This document shows positions 1-12,066 of a DNA stretch of 64,000 nt, one piece after another. A model generated the notes under the pieces. That model made no database searches. It was not told the origin of the DNA and worked only from the letters and a program-made list of their open reading frames with translations. The translations under genes and the position numbers were made by a program. Positions within the stretch are counted from its first letter, which is position 1, and each line of letters begins with the position of its first letter. The stretch comes from Haliotis rubra (Eukaryota): the NCBI RefSeq assembly GCF_003918875.1, contig NW_025767413.1:2294001-2358000 (forward strand), read 5' to 3'.

Positions 1-119
1 ATGACCTCAAGTTCAAAACTGTACAATGAAACCCCATTGTGTGTGAGTGTGTGTTAGATTTTGCGCCCATGTACTTGTATGTTTGTGCGTTCGTGCGCGT
101 AAGTGAAAACACGAATGTA

Positions 120-420
120 ATTGAGAGCACATGCTAATGTATGTTAGATGTCGTTTAAAGGGGTGTTATGCGAGAGTGTTGGTTCGGATCCAGGTGGGAG
201 ATCAAAAGTATACTAGAATCGATTTCAGTTCATTCTGGGAAATGCATTTTCCTGCGATTCTCAAATTTGAGTAAAAACTCTATCAAAACTCAGATTTAAG
301 TTTGTTTCGAGAAATCGGGGCATTGGAGTGCCACATGGTGCTAAAACGCCGTATAAAGGGAGCTTACTCTGAGAGTGTCGGTTCGAATCCCGGTGGGAGA
401 GCAAACATGTACTAGAGTCT
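120..420 (+). repeat. Two diverged tandem copies (~200 bp apart) of a tRNA-like/SINE head fragment
   Basis: gagagtgttggttcggatccaggtgggagatcaaaagtatactaga (172-217) vs gagagtgtcggttcgaatcccggtgggagagcaaacatgtactaga (371-416); Pol III B-box GGTTCGAATCC. Confidence 0.5.
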
Positions 421-431
421 GTACTTTACTG

Positions 432-597
432 ACTGACTGACTGAGTTTGGTTTTACGCCGCTTTAAGCAATATTCCAGCAACATCACGGCGGGGAACACC
501 AGAAATGGGCTTCACACATTGTACCCATGTGGGGATTCGAACCCGGGCCTTCGGCGTGACGAGCCAACGCTTTAACCATTAGGCTACCCCGCCGCCC
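432..597 (-). mobile_element. SINE family A (tRNA-derived head), full length
   Basis: A box TAGCCTAATGG, B box GGTTCGAATCC, tail ctggaatattgc..gcggcgtaaaacc aaact(cagt)n; 13-bp TSD ctgtactttactg (419-431/598-610). Confidence 0.93.
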
Positions 598-639
598 CTG
601 TACTTTACTGGGAAAGTGTAATCCCAATATAACAAATGT

Positions 640-851
640 AACGTGATTTCTAGCTGTGTGACTGTGGTCTGTGGTCTGTGAGAATCTTTATCAGAAAACT
701 CCATGATGGACGTCATGAGCACCGACTTGCTGGAAGTTGGAAGACCCATGTCTTGCATCAATCGTGTAAACGAGTCTGACCTGACTCCCTTTAGCCGCAT
801 CAACAAGCAAGGATTGCTGAAGATAAATTCTAGCTCGGATCTTCACTGGGT
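640..851 (-). mobile_element. Short retroposon family B, degenerate copy
   Basis: Reverse complement cccagtgaagatccgagctagaatttatcttcagcaatccttgcttg matches the family B 5' module. Confidence 0.7.
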
Positions 852-2649
852 TCTACTGATCCTTACATTCCACTCGCAGCATGGAAACTGAGGTCGAGCA
901 GACTGGCAGTCCTGGCCATCTGAATTCAATTCGTTCAGTCACCAATTTGGTTGTATATGTACATATAATCCAAATATGTAATGTTTATTTAGGTAACAGC
1001 TGATACTTATTCCATTATCCACACAATGACAATGTCAGTTATCAATGTCCATGTCGTCAAATCAGCCAGGGCGATCCCTTTTTGTTAAAAAGATCCCACC
1101 TATGTTAACAACAACCCTTCATTCTTAAGGCCTCTCGTGTTACTTTGAAATATGTTTTCTTAATGTACTAGGCAAGAAAAGCATACTGCAGAACACGTTG
1201 TATAATCGACTCAGGGAATATATTAATATGTTTTTATTTAAAAAAGAGAGAGACTCATTTCACGGTGTAATAAGCAATTCATGCTCCCGCATTTCAACCG
1301 GCTCTACCACATCAAAGCGATGTCGCTTCTACATTACGCTTGCATTCGTCAGCGTAAATTCGAAACCCAGTTTCTTGTATCAAGGTGCTGTGTGTTGAAA
1401 TAAACTTCGCTTATATATGACCTATCCGTATCGTAGGACCCTGTCAGTTTAATGTTATAGAAACAATGAATTACACCGATCGTTGGCAATGTTTATTTCT
1501 AAAGATTATTTTCAAAATACTCTTCGAACATCAAACAAGATCTTGTTTTAAGCTCAAGGCCCCAAGCCAGAAGCTTGCGCAAGTACTCCTGCGCAAGAAA
1601 TGAGAAATTTCAGGCAATTATAATTTGTTTTTCTTTCCATTTCATTGCAATGCGATCGGCCTATTCTCAGCTCGAGACTACTATCAGATTCCCAAGCAAG
1701 ACAGCTACGTTTGAGAAGTGTCAAACCAGTTGGAAAGCGGAGACATAACATTGATGCATTGTTGGTGTTCCCGTCCGTTCTATCATCTCCGATTCAAATG
1801 ACAGTAGTTGAAGGCAAGCACTATGTCTTTAAAATGTTTGTTTTAGATCATTCGCGCGGTCATATTTTCCTACAACCACCCTTCAGCCTCTACATAAATA
1901 ATCTTAAAGCTCGGTATCTCCGCTCCAGCCAAAGCTAAGGTTTCTCCTCTGGATGTTAGTCTAACACAGTCGAGTGGTTGGGTTTTATATCACAACCGTG
2001 AGAAAATATGAAAGAAGGCGACAATCTAGAATAATGAGCTCAGGAGGAATAAACACTCTGAGGTTGAAGTCATTGCCACATGTTGCGAGGTAAATATTAC
2101 CATATGCTAACCACGGCTCGAGGACACGGGTCCGGGGATTTGACATGTTCAGAATGGCAACGTTAAGAAATAACCACCGCGAAGAGATTGCGAAGATGTC
2201 GCAAACGAAATTTGATCAGCCATTTCCGAAAGTGTCAGCCAGGCGTAGCACGAGCGTAAATTGAAAGTGTTTTCGGAGAAAAAGAGGTTAAATGAAAAAT
2301 GTTTTAACTCGAAAAGCATATCGCTGTGATTAGTGCTGGATGGTTCACTCAGTCGTCCTGAAAGTAGTATTTCTCAAGAAGGATTTGGACCCCTGAATGT
2401 GGACCGTTCAGATAACGGTGCAACCGAAGATGTGTTTTCCGATTTTAACAAACTGAGTATAGATTTCAAAAGATTAGGAAATTCTTGAATGCCATTTTTG
2501 GTTTGCACGCATCTTTCCCAAAACAAACAGTAGCTGGTATTCAGCTACATAAATGGTTTTCGACTTGATCACTAGCCTACTCCGTCATGTGAGATTTCAG
2601 CCTAGGATGAGAGGATCCTGTCACTGTTAAGGGGGGTAACTGTGGGAAG

Positions 2650-2962
2650 GTGAGGTGAAATTGGGTTTAACGTCGTGCTTGAGAATATTTCGTTCATATG
2701 ACGACGTGCATGCATGTGTATGTGTATGTATGGCTGCTTGTACTAGCCCAGACTTAAGCTGAATTTATAGTGCTAGCTCACTGAGATACCATGCCGCAGT
2801 GAAGCAGGAATACCCCACTCAGACACAGTATACTGACTCCGAGCCGACCAGTCCTTGTAGTACCCATTAATGCCGAGCGCCAGGCAGGGACCAACAAGTA
2901 CCATATTTAAAGGTCTTTTGGTATGACGCGGTCGGGGATCGAACCCGCGACGGTCCGCTCTC
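2650..2962 (-). mobile_element. SINE family C (tRNA head + V-domain, V-SINE/RUDI-like), slightly 5'-truncated
   Basis: B box GGTTCGATCC, then V-domain-like cgcgtcataccaaaagac..tggtac..ccctgcctggcgctcggcattaa; (cacct)n tail; 13-bp TSD taactgtgggaag; near-identical to 46801-47157. Confidence 0.85.
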
Positions 2963-3083
2963 TAACTGTGGGAAGTGAGCTGGTAGATGTTCATACATTA
3001 CATGGTTTGATTGTTAAAGTCCCAAATAGGAATAAAAGAACACATTGTGTTTGAAGTAGTTATCAGGTAAATATTCAGTCTGA

Positions 3084-3217
3084 GTGAGTGAGTATGGTTT
3101 TATGCCGGGGGACACCAGAAATGGGCTTCACACACTGTACCTGCAGTGTGGGGAATCGAACCAGGGTCTTCGGCGTGACAAGCGAACTCTTTAACCACTA
3201 GACTACCCCACCGCCCC
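3084..3217 (-). mobile_element. SINE family A, internally deleted copy
   Basis: Homology to 432-597; 11-bp TSD attcagtctga. Confidence 0.88.
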
Positions 3218-4190
3218 AATTCAGTCTGAACAAGGCAGGTGAGTGCCAGTTTACTGTTTATGCTTACATTGGATTTGCATGTTTACATAGAGCACCTGCT
3301 GGATAATTTTTTCAATATAGTTATATAATGCTAGTATGTATTTAAAACAGACGTAAATACGTCTGTTGATGTAGTATCGAAAAAACTTGTTTAACCAGAA
3401 AACAGGTATAAATGTATTTATAATCCAATCGTGGAAATTATATCAATGTGTGTTACTTTCAAATTGTTAAATCAAACTGAAATATTCATCAAATATTGGA
3501 GGTCTATATTATGGTGATATAAATTGTGAATCCGGGTATTTGAGCTTTTTGCAAGCTTGCATGTTTTGTCCCTCCAGCTGCTGCAGGGAGTGTACAGTGC
3601 GCATGAGCAACACAGTCTGTAAGAGTTCCTGGAACAACGACAGTAAAATGAACTTGACATTTACGATGGCATGTTTATTCACAAAATATATAAATTTTTC
3701 ACACACGTGACGCACAAGAGGGGCTTTTTATAAGTGACACCAATGTATTGATACATTTTCATATTTAGTAAATTATACAATTAAAACCCCGCGATGAAGG
3801 AATCATTAAGTATTTTACAACCAACACATGGCTCCCATGCAGTAATATGCTGTCTCCTCTCCCCTGCACCGACCTCCCCTCCCTACCTCCCCTGCACCAC
3901 CCTCCCCTCCCCACCTCCTTTGTACTCAACCCGAAATACGACGCTCGCCCCCTTTCACCTTCAGTAATCACACCGTGGCCGGATAGTTACATGGAAGCTA
4001 AATTCCGGCCCGCCCAATTCCAAAGATCCGAGGTTGCACGTGAATACACATTTGTCGATGGCATTAATTGAACCCAAGTTAGTTGGAGCTTCACATTGAC
4101 ATTAGTTGTGTTAATATTGAATATAGTCTGACAAAACAGAGATCATAATATAACAATACTCCAACTTAACCTTAAGTAGAAATAAACCAG

Positions 4191-4306
4191 GCTAGCTATT
4201 CTCGAAACGTTCGTAGCCTTACGAACCTCTTAAGCCCATTCTTAAACATTAGCTACGACCAAAGTTAAGAATTCTTAGGGCTACGAACGTTTCGAGAATA
4301 AGGGCC
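4191..4306. mobile_element. Palindromic MITE in a CWG target (PIF/Harbinger-like)
   Basis: Inverted repeats tattctcgaaacgttcgtagcc / ggctacgaacgtttcgagaata; CAG on both flanks. Confidence 0.7.
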
Positions 4307-5135
4307 CAGGTATCGATAATCTTTTTAAAAGGTAATACGTTATCGTGGTAACAGAACCCATTAGAATATATTATAAATTATGTAAAAGTTGAAAGACAAA
4401 AACCCCAGACTATAACAAATTGTCATTGAAATACACATCTGTCACTGTGACACTTGTATGGATCCATGTCGAGCTCACGATATTGAACAGATATAAATCA
4501 TATACACACAACGCATTCTTGATGCCTCGTTCTTGCTGTCGAGCCAATGTGTCAAAAATTGTGTCCAATATTCAGAAACTTCCTCAATACAAATAACAAT
4601 ATTCTGCCATTTAAAAACAAAAACAAATCAATGTGACATATGCATGGTCCGTATTAACCCAGTGTGCTATATTTCAATCACCCTGTCTGACAGGCTGTCA
4701 GCATGTCCATTACACTGAAACAGGTGTTGATATCAGCACGCGAGCACCACGTGGTGCAGTGTTTTATCAAGTCAGTGTAAACAAATCGTTTTACACACAA
4801 TATGCCATTAATGGCTGACGTTCTCATTAGGCATGCTTCTTTGTTGATTGTCGTGACGTCATCCATCAACAAATTGTAAAGTGGTGATTATTTACAAACT
4901 GGCACAAGGTTTTCACTGTGGTTGGGCTCACGTAAACAATGCAGGACATACAGTTCTGTTTCACGGTTTCCTTATACAGATACATATTATCACAATCTGA
5001 CAACCGACGACGAACCATGTGTTTTGTGCGGCCAGTAAATGTCTTACATTTGCTCCATCACATATTAAATGTTTTCTGAAGATCTCCTTTCAAAAAGGAC
5101 GGAATTTCAGGAAAAGAGCCATGGGTTGTTTTTTG

Positions 5136-6548
5136 TCATTTTTTTCTCAACGATAAACAAGGGACGAGAAGTTTCTTGCACTCGTTTCTGAATTTCACGT
5201 TGCAAAAACTGTATACTATGCAGTTCGCTGCACTGTTCATGAAGTATGAGCGTAGGAATACATTATACACAATGATCCCCCCTCCATGTAAAGATTCAAG
5301 GAAGTCGGATTTGAAGCCTCGAGTTATCATCAGGATCAGATGAGGTAGGAAGCTGATGATGAACACAGCGGTGATGATGAACAGCATAAGCGTTGTCTTC
5401 GACGCTTTCGGTCCTGACCTTTCTTCTGGTTTAGGGGCACTATTTTTTCCTTTTCCATTAAATTTAACAAATTTGGTCAGCCGTACACCATTTGATGGTT
5501 GCTCTGTTCCACGGGTGAAGATGGCTGTCTTGGGTTTCACGGGGTCGTCATTCAGATTCGTACGACTTGTCTCGGACGGACCGTCAACGCCGACCTTCAA
5601 CTTCGAACCGGTGACGGAAGGTGGCGTCGTTTTTCGTGGCGAGATCCAAGCAATCCTGGTGCCTTTGCCCTGGTCTGAGCTCTTCCCATTGCCGAGGAGG
5701 TACCGCTTCCCATTCCGTTCCTTACCATCTCCAGAAGACAACTCTGTTTCGGACGTCGAGTTCTGAGGAGACTGGTTTTTGTTGTCCGAGGCGGGACGGA
5801 ATTTGAACTTCCGGTGAATAAAGACAGTTCTGCCAATGAGGATGTACACGATCACCAGGACACTTAGAGAACCGAAGAAGACGAGGAACAAGACTCCAGT
5901 ATAGACCAAGGGAAACAGAGTATCGCTCCACATGTCGTCAAAGGAACAGTCGAAACCAGTTATCCCCTCTCTGTCCGTTAGTACCGTGGTTTTACCGTTG
6001 ACTATGACTGTTGGGATGGTGAGGACAAGTGATACAGACACAGCGATTCCAACCATGATGCGAGCGACTCTGATGGTGATCTGTTTGTTTAATGGTCGAC
6101 ATATCTTCCTGTATCTGTCTATAGCAACGGCTATGAGCGTGAATCCCGAGGACACCACGGAGAATGTATTGTTGAATCGTAGAATTCTACACAGATGTGG
6201 ATAGTTAAACGTATGGGTGTACCTCATGTCCAGGATCTCTCCTGGGAGTGAAATGATGCAGGTCATCAGATCGAACACAGCCAGGCATACCACAAACACA
6301 CGTGTTGGGCTTGGTTTGAATTTCTTGAGGTACACAATCAACACCAGGATGTTTCCGAAAATACCCAGAAACATCAGGATGGCCAGATATACCACGGCTG
6401 GTATCATTTTAGGAAACATCGTGTCGTCAAGGTGGGACAGATATCGTCTCTTCTCCTCATCGCTGATGTTTAATGTCACTTCCGCTGTTGTGTTGTCTAC
6501 ACCAAAAGGTGTCGTTTCCGTGAAGATCATGGACGAACTGGAGGCCAT
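5136..6548 (-). CDS. Class A (rhodopsin-like) 7TM G protein-coupled receptor, peptide-receptor-like orphan (loosely CCK/gastrin/orexin-receptor-like), 470 aa
   Basis: Intact ORF with 7 hydrophobic segments. N-terminal N-glycosylation sequons (NTT, NIS), TM1 GN (GIFGN), TM2 LAVFD, TM3 Cys and DRY, ECL2 Cys (FDCSF), long basic ICL3, TM6 FIISFLP, TM7 NSAANCIVY, helix 8 FRNECKKL and a C-terminal Cys. Confidence 0.95.
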   Translation of the reverse strand: MASSSSMIFTETTPFGVDNTTAEVTLNISDEEKRRYLSHLDDTMFPKMIPAVVYLAILMFLGIFGNILVLIVYLKKFKPSPTRVFVVCLAVFDLMTCIISLPGEILDMRYTHTFNYPHLCRILRFNNTFSVVSSGFTLIAVAIDRYRKICRPLNKQITIRVARIMVGIAVSVSLVLTIPTVIVNGKTTVLTDREGITGFDCSFDDMWSDTLFPLVYTGVLFLVFFGSLSVLVIVYILIGRTVFIHRKFKFRPASDNKNQSPQNSTSETELSSGDGKERNGKRYLLGNGKSSDQGKGTRIAWISPRKTTPPSVTGSKLKVGVDGPSETSRTNLNDDPVKPKTAIFTRGTEQPSNGVRLTKFVKFNGKGKNSAPKPEERSGPKASKTTLMLFIITAVFIISFLPHLILMITRGFKSDFLESLHGGGIIVYNVFLRSYFMNSAANCIVYSFCNVKFRNECKKLLVPCLSLRKK

Positions 6549-6562
6549 CTTGAATTTGTTGA

Positions 6563-6580
6563 TCTGAAACGGAGAATATA
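6563..6580 (-). promoter_or_regulatory. Splice acceptor for the GPCR coding exon (implies an intron in the 5' UTR)
   Basis: Minus strand reads tatattctccgtttcAG|atcaacaaattcaagATGG: pyrimidine tract plus CAG, 15 nt upstream of an ATG in good context (aagATGG). Confidence 0.65.
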
Positions 6581-7065
6581 GATTTCCGTATTATCAAAGG
6601 CATGTTTCGTTTTCGTTCGTCGCACACTGTTGTATTGTCAATTTAAGGAGCAGACATGCCGTTACAATTATCTAAAGGTGATAGTTTCCACTCTTAGGTG
6701 TGAAAAGAAATAGTATCAAACTGTTGCAGCTCATTTTTTTGCTAACAAGGCGAGTGAATGGTACTGTCAGCAATATTCCACTGATATCACTTCAACCTTT
6801 AGAAAACGAGTGTAAACCAGGCATTCCAGTGTTTGATAGAATGGTCAACTCCAACGCTGTGTGGATGTGATGACAGGCAGTCACCAGGTCCATTTCAAAC
6901 AATTCTATATGCACTCTAATTACTACCAGTTCTACCCTTATATCCCCACGGTGTGACTGTTATCACGGGATACGAGCAACACCACACGAACCAAGTGGAA
7001 CATATGCTGCCTCATGTGTATGTGATATAGGTGTACACATCAGACACACATACAGTAGGTAATAT

Positions 7066-7252
7066 TAGACTAACGCTTAGTTTCTGCATATAGATATAAT
7101 TTTGACAGCGCCAAATAATCCCATTGAAATTGAAAAGGAGTCCAAGTGAGATGTGAGATTCAGAGGCACTTGCTTCATTGAAGGATTTAGCATTACTGGG
7201 AGGGCTAGGCAGTAGGGTAAGTAATGTGGTTCAGGGACTGGGAGACAGACTA
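7066..7252 (+). mobile_element. ~190-bp interspersed repeat family D (TAGACTAACGCTTAG...GACAGACTA)
   Basis: Colinear homology with 8052-8225, 10703-10896, 44453-44642 and 45384-45584. Confidence 0.8.
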
Positions 7253-8051
7253 GAAGCAATATCCACACTAACAGTAACACATCACAGTATCATTGTTAAA
7301 CCAATACACTGTCACTTTCTAAGGGACAGACTCTATGGCCTATATTTAATGTAACCACGACCTCCATCCCATTCTCGTTAACAGAAATTCACCACACAAT
7401 AAGCTATGAAGTAAAGGTACTTGAATGTTCCGTCATCCTCGAAGGTACCCTTTTACAACTATTACATTTAACTGAAGCATTACATTATCTCGGGGACTAT
7501 TGTCCGTCCAGGCAATAGACGTGGATTAGTCACATGTAGCACATAAAGGATCATATTGACTGATAAAAACTGGTTCACACACATCTCACATGTTATCCCT
7601 TTGAATAGCCGTACCTTTTAGCTGTTTAGTCTCTCGTGTATACAGCATTACTCGCGCGGTATGGGTCACACTGACTTCTGATGAGGGATGACTAGAATAC
7701 TGGATTGTTCATAGCTGTTACCTGAACATTCATGGTCATTAGGGGGACATTGGGGGTCATGATGAGTTACGTCTCTAAGGCTCACAGAAAACATTGACCA
7801 TGGGTTCCAGTTCCATATTCACCGGATTATATTTCAGGTTTTGTCGGAATCAAATCCATGCTCAATGTCTTCACACTGTATCAATTGACGTGGGATAAAA
7901 CACCTGACTTGACTAATACACGGTTGGTACTTTGGTGGAACCCACGAGAATGGTATGGTGCTAAAAACTAATGACCCTTGGTAATGATAATTCCAAATCT
8001 GGGATTCGAACACCTGATCGAAGGATCGTGTTATTCCTTAGGGACGTAACA

Positions 8052-8225
8052 TAGTCTGTCTTATTGTCCCTGAACCGCATTATTTTCCCTACCGCCTCGC
8101 CCTCCCTGCAATGTTAAATCCCTAAATGACGCAAGTCTAGGTTTCCTCAGGTTCTCACTGGGACTCCTTTTCAATTGAAATGGGTGTATATATATATATA
8201 CATTGAGAGACTAAGCGTTAGTCTA
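8052..8225 (-). mobile_element. Repeat family D copy
   Basis: tagtctgtc..tccctgaacc ... gagactaagcgttagtcta, the reverse complement of family D. Confidence 0.8.
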
Positions 8226-10702
8226 GGACATAACTATGCACTGGCTGCACGTGAGAAGGAGCTAACCGTGCTCATTCTGAAGGAGGTAGACAGGGTTCCA
8301 CCTCAACACCCCGTCTATTGCCTAGAGATACCTGATCAGGTTATAAGCGTGCACCGCGGTGAAACACAATGTTTCTTTTTCAAAAACAAAAACAGACACT
8401 GAACACGTGCACATGCCACGTGAGGCCGATGTTTTGAAACCTCACGCAAAATCATCATAAACATAAAACGTCACTTCAGAAAACCCCGAAAACAATACAA
8501 TTTATAAAGAAGGTATAATATATGAGGCTGCATTACACGTCTCTTCTTTCAGCAATGTATGCAAGGAATTTGTTAATATACAGGCCACCGCCTCGGAGCA
8601 CTGATCAGTAAACACCCAATAGCTGGGTGAACACAAAGATAAAACGTAAGAGGAATCATATCTACTTAAACTGACCCAACTTCAAGGGGTGCTTTCTTGT
8701 CTTCAACCTTCTGGATACTTTCATGGCTGTGTACGTGTTTTATAAAAATACTTTCTCCAATTGTGTAATGACGCTACACTTGTTTGCTGTATTATTGAGA
8801 CACACTTTTCTAGGTGTTAGCCTACTGGGGAAGCAGCGTCCGAACAACTACATTCAGTACTTTCATTGAATCATTGTAGTGACTTAAAACTGAATACAAG
8901 CATATGACACAAAAACAGTAATTTGATAAGACTGATGAAAATGCCGATTATGTTCTTAATACATAAGTCTAAAGTAATCCTACATGCATTTATGTATTAT
9001 AATAGTTCATGTATATTGAAGATAAGCCCCCAAATACAAAACTGATACCCCCTTTAAATGATACACCGAATGTATAACTATATCCAGGTCACAACACTTG
9101 GAACAAGTATTGACGTTCTCACGAGAGTCATTTACAGTATAATATCACATTTGGTAGGTATATCACGTTAGATATAGCCCCAAAGAGATCTCAGCATTAA
9201 GTATTTACGACAGCGTTGTCTATACCAATGTTTGCGGGAAGTGGTAGCTGGTTAGGGTGTCTCATTAATCAATGAAGACTCGCCAGTACCTTGAGGTGTA
9301 GACGTCAGCCATCTGGTGCAAATACACTGCGGGTCAATATTCCAGGAATAAGAATTGACATCGGAAGCCGTTTATGCTAAGTGGAATGGTTATTTGCCCT
9401 TTTTCTTGTGTTACATCAATATTTGATATTCATTAAATAACTTGGTTTCATGTGTGATTGATAGTTGGAAGAGATATTTTCAAATTCTCATTCCCAACTT
9501 TAGTCATTCTCGGCGCGGTTGATATTAAGATAATATTAAAAGTTTTTATCATTTTTTACTTACATGACTTTTATCACATGAAATGTAACAAATTATCACT
9601 ACACTACTTACTAGTACTTCAAGTAATTGTTTTCCATTGTAAAAAGAATATACAACATTGGATTGACAATGTCTCACTGATGTTCTGGTACAATAGAGTT
9701 GTGTTTACAATAAGGTACTCACCAGTTAAAGCTTCAGCTATCCATTAACATGTGAGCTAAGCTCAGTTAACTCCACAAATGAATGCTACAAACAAAATCT
9801 CTCATCAGGGAAGTTATTCAGCTGTCACGATGATGTTCTTCCGCCAAAGGAAGTAGTGCGTCGTAGCTGCTAAGTGCTGCTGCTCCACACGTCGACTGGT
9901 GTTTATGAATAATCTGCTACGCAGAACTCCATGCGGAACACGTTCAATGCTGTCGCCCCGACCAATCAGTGCCTCTCGTCAACCACATGTTGCGCATCTC
10001 GGTGACGACGACGTCACATCCGGGCTGTCACTCACGGTTCTCACGATGCTCCAGTCTTAGCGATTGGCTGAATCAGCACATTTGTGTCGCATGTGTGAAC
10101 GGAGGCTGGCTTATCGCCTCGGTTTACCAGAATGATTTTCACTTGGTTGTTTTGTGTAAGATTTATCTTTTCACAAGCGAAACACTTGAAGCAAAGTGGT
10201 GAACAAGAGACAAGATCTGAGACGTTGTATCGATCTAACGACTGCTGTATCAACATCTCTCATTAACGAATGTTTCTGCGAGGATGCGATTAACTGCACA
10301 AACACGGTGTTTACGACTACTTGTAGCCAACAGTTGATAAGGCCCACGTGTTTCTAGCATGCTTCAGTGACATTCAACTGTGTTCTTCTCGTGCTTCCCT
10401 AACCATGAAGCAGATGAAAAGAACTGATTTCAAAAGAAGACATTAGGAATGTGTTTGGTCCCAGTCTGATTTACACATTACATTCAAGCAGAGACCATAT
10501 AATAAATTCAATAATTTAATATTAATTTATTATGTGGTCTCTGATTCAAGGAATATTATTAAGGAACTATATTCATACATGCACCTTAATGGGGAGATAT
10601 TTTTCGAAGAAACAAGCATTAGGAGAAGGGGACACCATAGTCCTAAACCGTACAAAAAGCCAAGGAATATAACTGGATGTTTGCTTGCCTTTGTCTCACC
10701 AG

Positions 10703-10896
10703 TAGACGAACGCTTAGTCTCTGAATATATATACTAGTACTCTAGATAGTAACTAATAATCCCAAACTGTAAAGGAGGCCCAGTGAGATGGAAGATTCAG
10801 AGCATGAGGAAATCTAGACTTGCTTCATTTAGAGCTTCAGCATTGCAGGAATGGCAGTGGAGAAAATAATGTGGTTCAGGGACTGTAAGACAGAGC
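10703..10896 (+). mobile_element. Repeat family D copy
   Basis: tagacgaacgcttagtctctgaatatata ... gtggttcagggactgtaagacaga. Confidence 0.78.
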
Positions 10897-10982
10897 ACCT
10901 CACCTCATTGGCCTGTACATAATCGGTTTGGACCAGACAATCAAGTCATTGATCACCCGGACAGTACTCCATCTACTCCCTA

Positions 10983-11230
10983 ACCCGTGAAGATGCGGGT
11001 AAGAATTGGTCTTCAGTAACCCATGCTTGTCGTAAGAGGCGACTAAGGGGGTCGGGTGGTCAGGCTCGCTGACTTGGTTGACACATGTCATCGTATCCCA
11101 ATTGCGTAGATCGATGCTCATGCTGTTGCTCGCTGTATTGTCTGGTTCAGACTCAAATATTTACAGATCGCCGCCATATAGCTGGAATATTGCTAAGTGC
11201 GGCGTTAAACAACAACCGCCAAACCAAACC
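10983..11230 (+). mobile_element. Short retroposon family B, full length
   Basis: Starts ACCCGTGAAG; contains gcttgtcgtaagaggcgactaa; tail ctggaatattgct..gcggcgttaaacaacaa; flanking actccct repeat. Confidence 0.92.
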
Positions 11231-11860
11231 TCCACTCCCTGCATGGATCGGGTGTCCCCTGAACAGAGCTGGGAAGTAGTCGTCGGCAGAGGAACAGATG
11301 CTCTACATACAATAATGAAAACTTGAGTCGTGAAACATTGCTTAATTTTTTCTTCAGTTAAATCGTTTTCAATTTTGAGAAAATGAGTTATTTTCATTTT
11401 TTGCAAGACAGAGCAAGCTCTAACGAATGGTTTCACTTTACTAGAAAAAAAAGATGCATGTTTCGTTGTGATCGTTTTGAGATCAGTTTTCTTAATGTGA
11501 CTGTGACTGGGGCACAAATTTGAATGACCCTACGCCATTAGGGTTTTATAGTCATAAAATAATTACTTTTAATTACATGTAATAAATTTGAAATGTCTTA
11601 TACATTCTGATTAGCATTCTGATGTCGATAAAGGGCACTAGTAGGTCAGTTGTCTTAGGCGGTGTACAGAGTTGCGTCCCTTGGGCACGCATGAAACCTA
11701 TGATTGAAATCGAATACCGGCTGGCCCCGATTATGCATTTAGGTTTGTTAAAACCGTAACCGTGCTCAAGAGTTTGACCAAAGTGGTAAACGTATGAGAT
11801 CTGAATCACTTTCGGGTGTCTTCCCACAGCAATCGAACACGTCGAGGTGTATCTGGAATA

Positions 11861-12066
11861 CTTGTTGTAAGAGGCCACTAACGGGATCGGGTGGCCAGGC
11901 TCGCTGACTTGGTTGACACATGTCATCGTATCCCAGTTGCGTAGATGGATGGCCATGTTGTTGATCACTGGATTGTGTGGTCCAGACTCAATTATATACA
12001 GACCGCCGCCATATTGCTGCAATATTGCGGAGTGCGGCGTAAAACTAAACTCACTCACTCACTCAC
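11861..12066 (+). mobile_element. Family B, 5'-truncated, inserted into the tail of an older family-A-like SINE (remnant tail 12067-12108)
   Basis: TSD tctggaatact on both sides; the downstream sequence continues ..caaagcggcgttaaaaccaactcactc. Confidence 0.85.

Noticed and set aside
5356-6567. Plus-strand ORFs overlapping the GPCR
   Set aside because: Antisense shadows of the real CDS.
10900-11326. Recurring short ORFs (MTHVIVSQLRRSML..., MSIDLRNWD...) as a gene family
   Set aside because: Chance ORFs within family B copies, variably disrupted.
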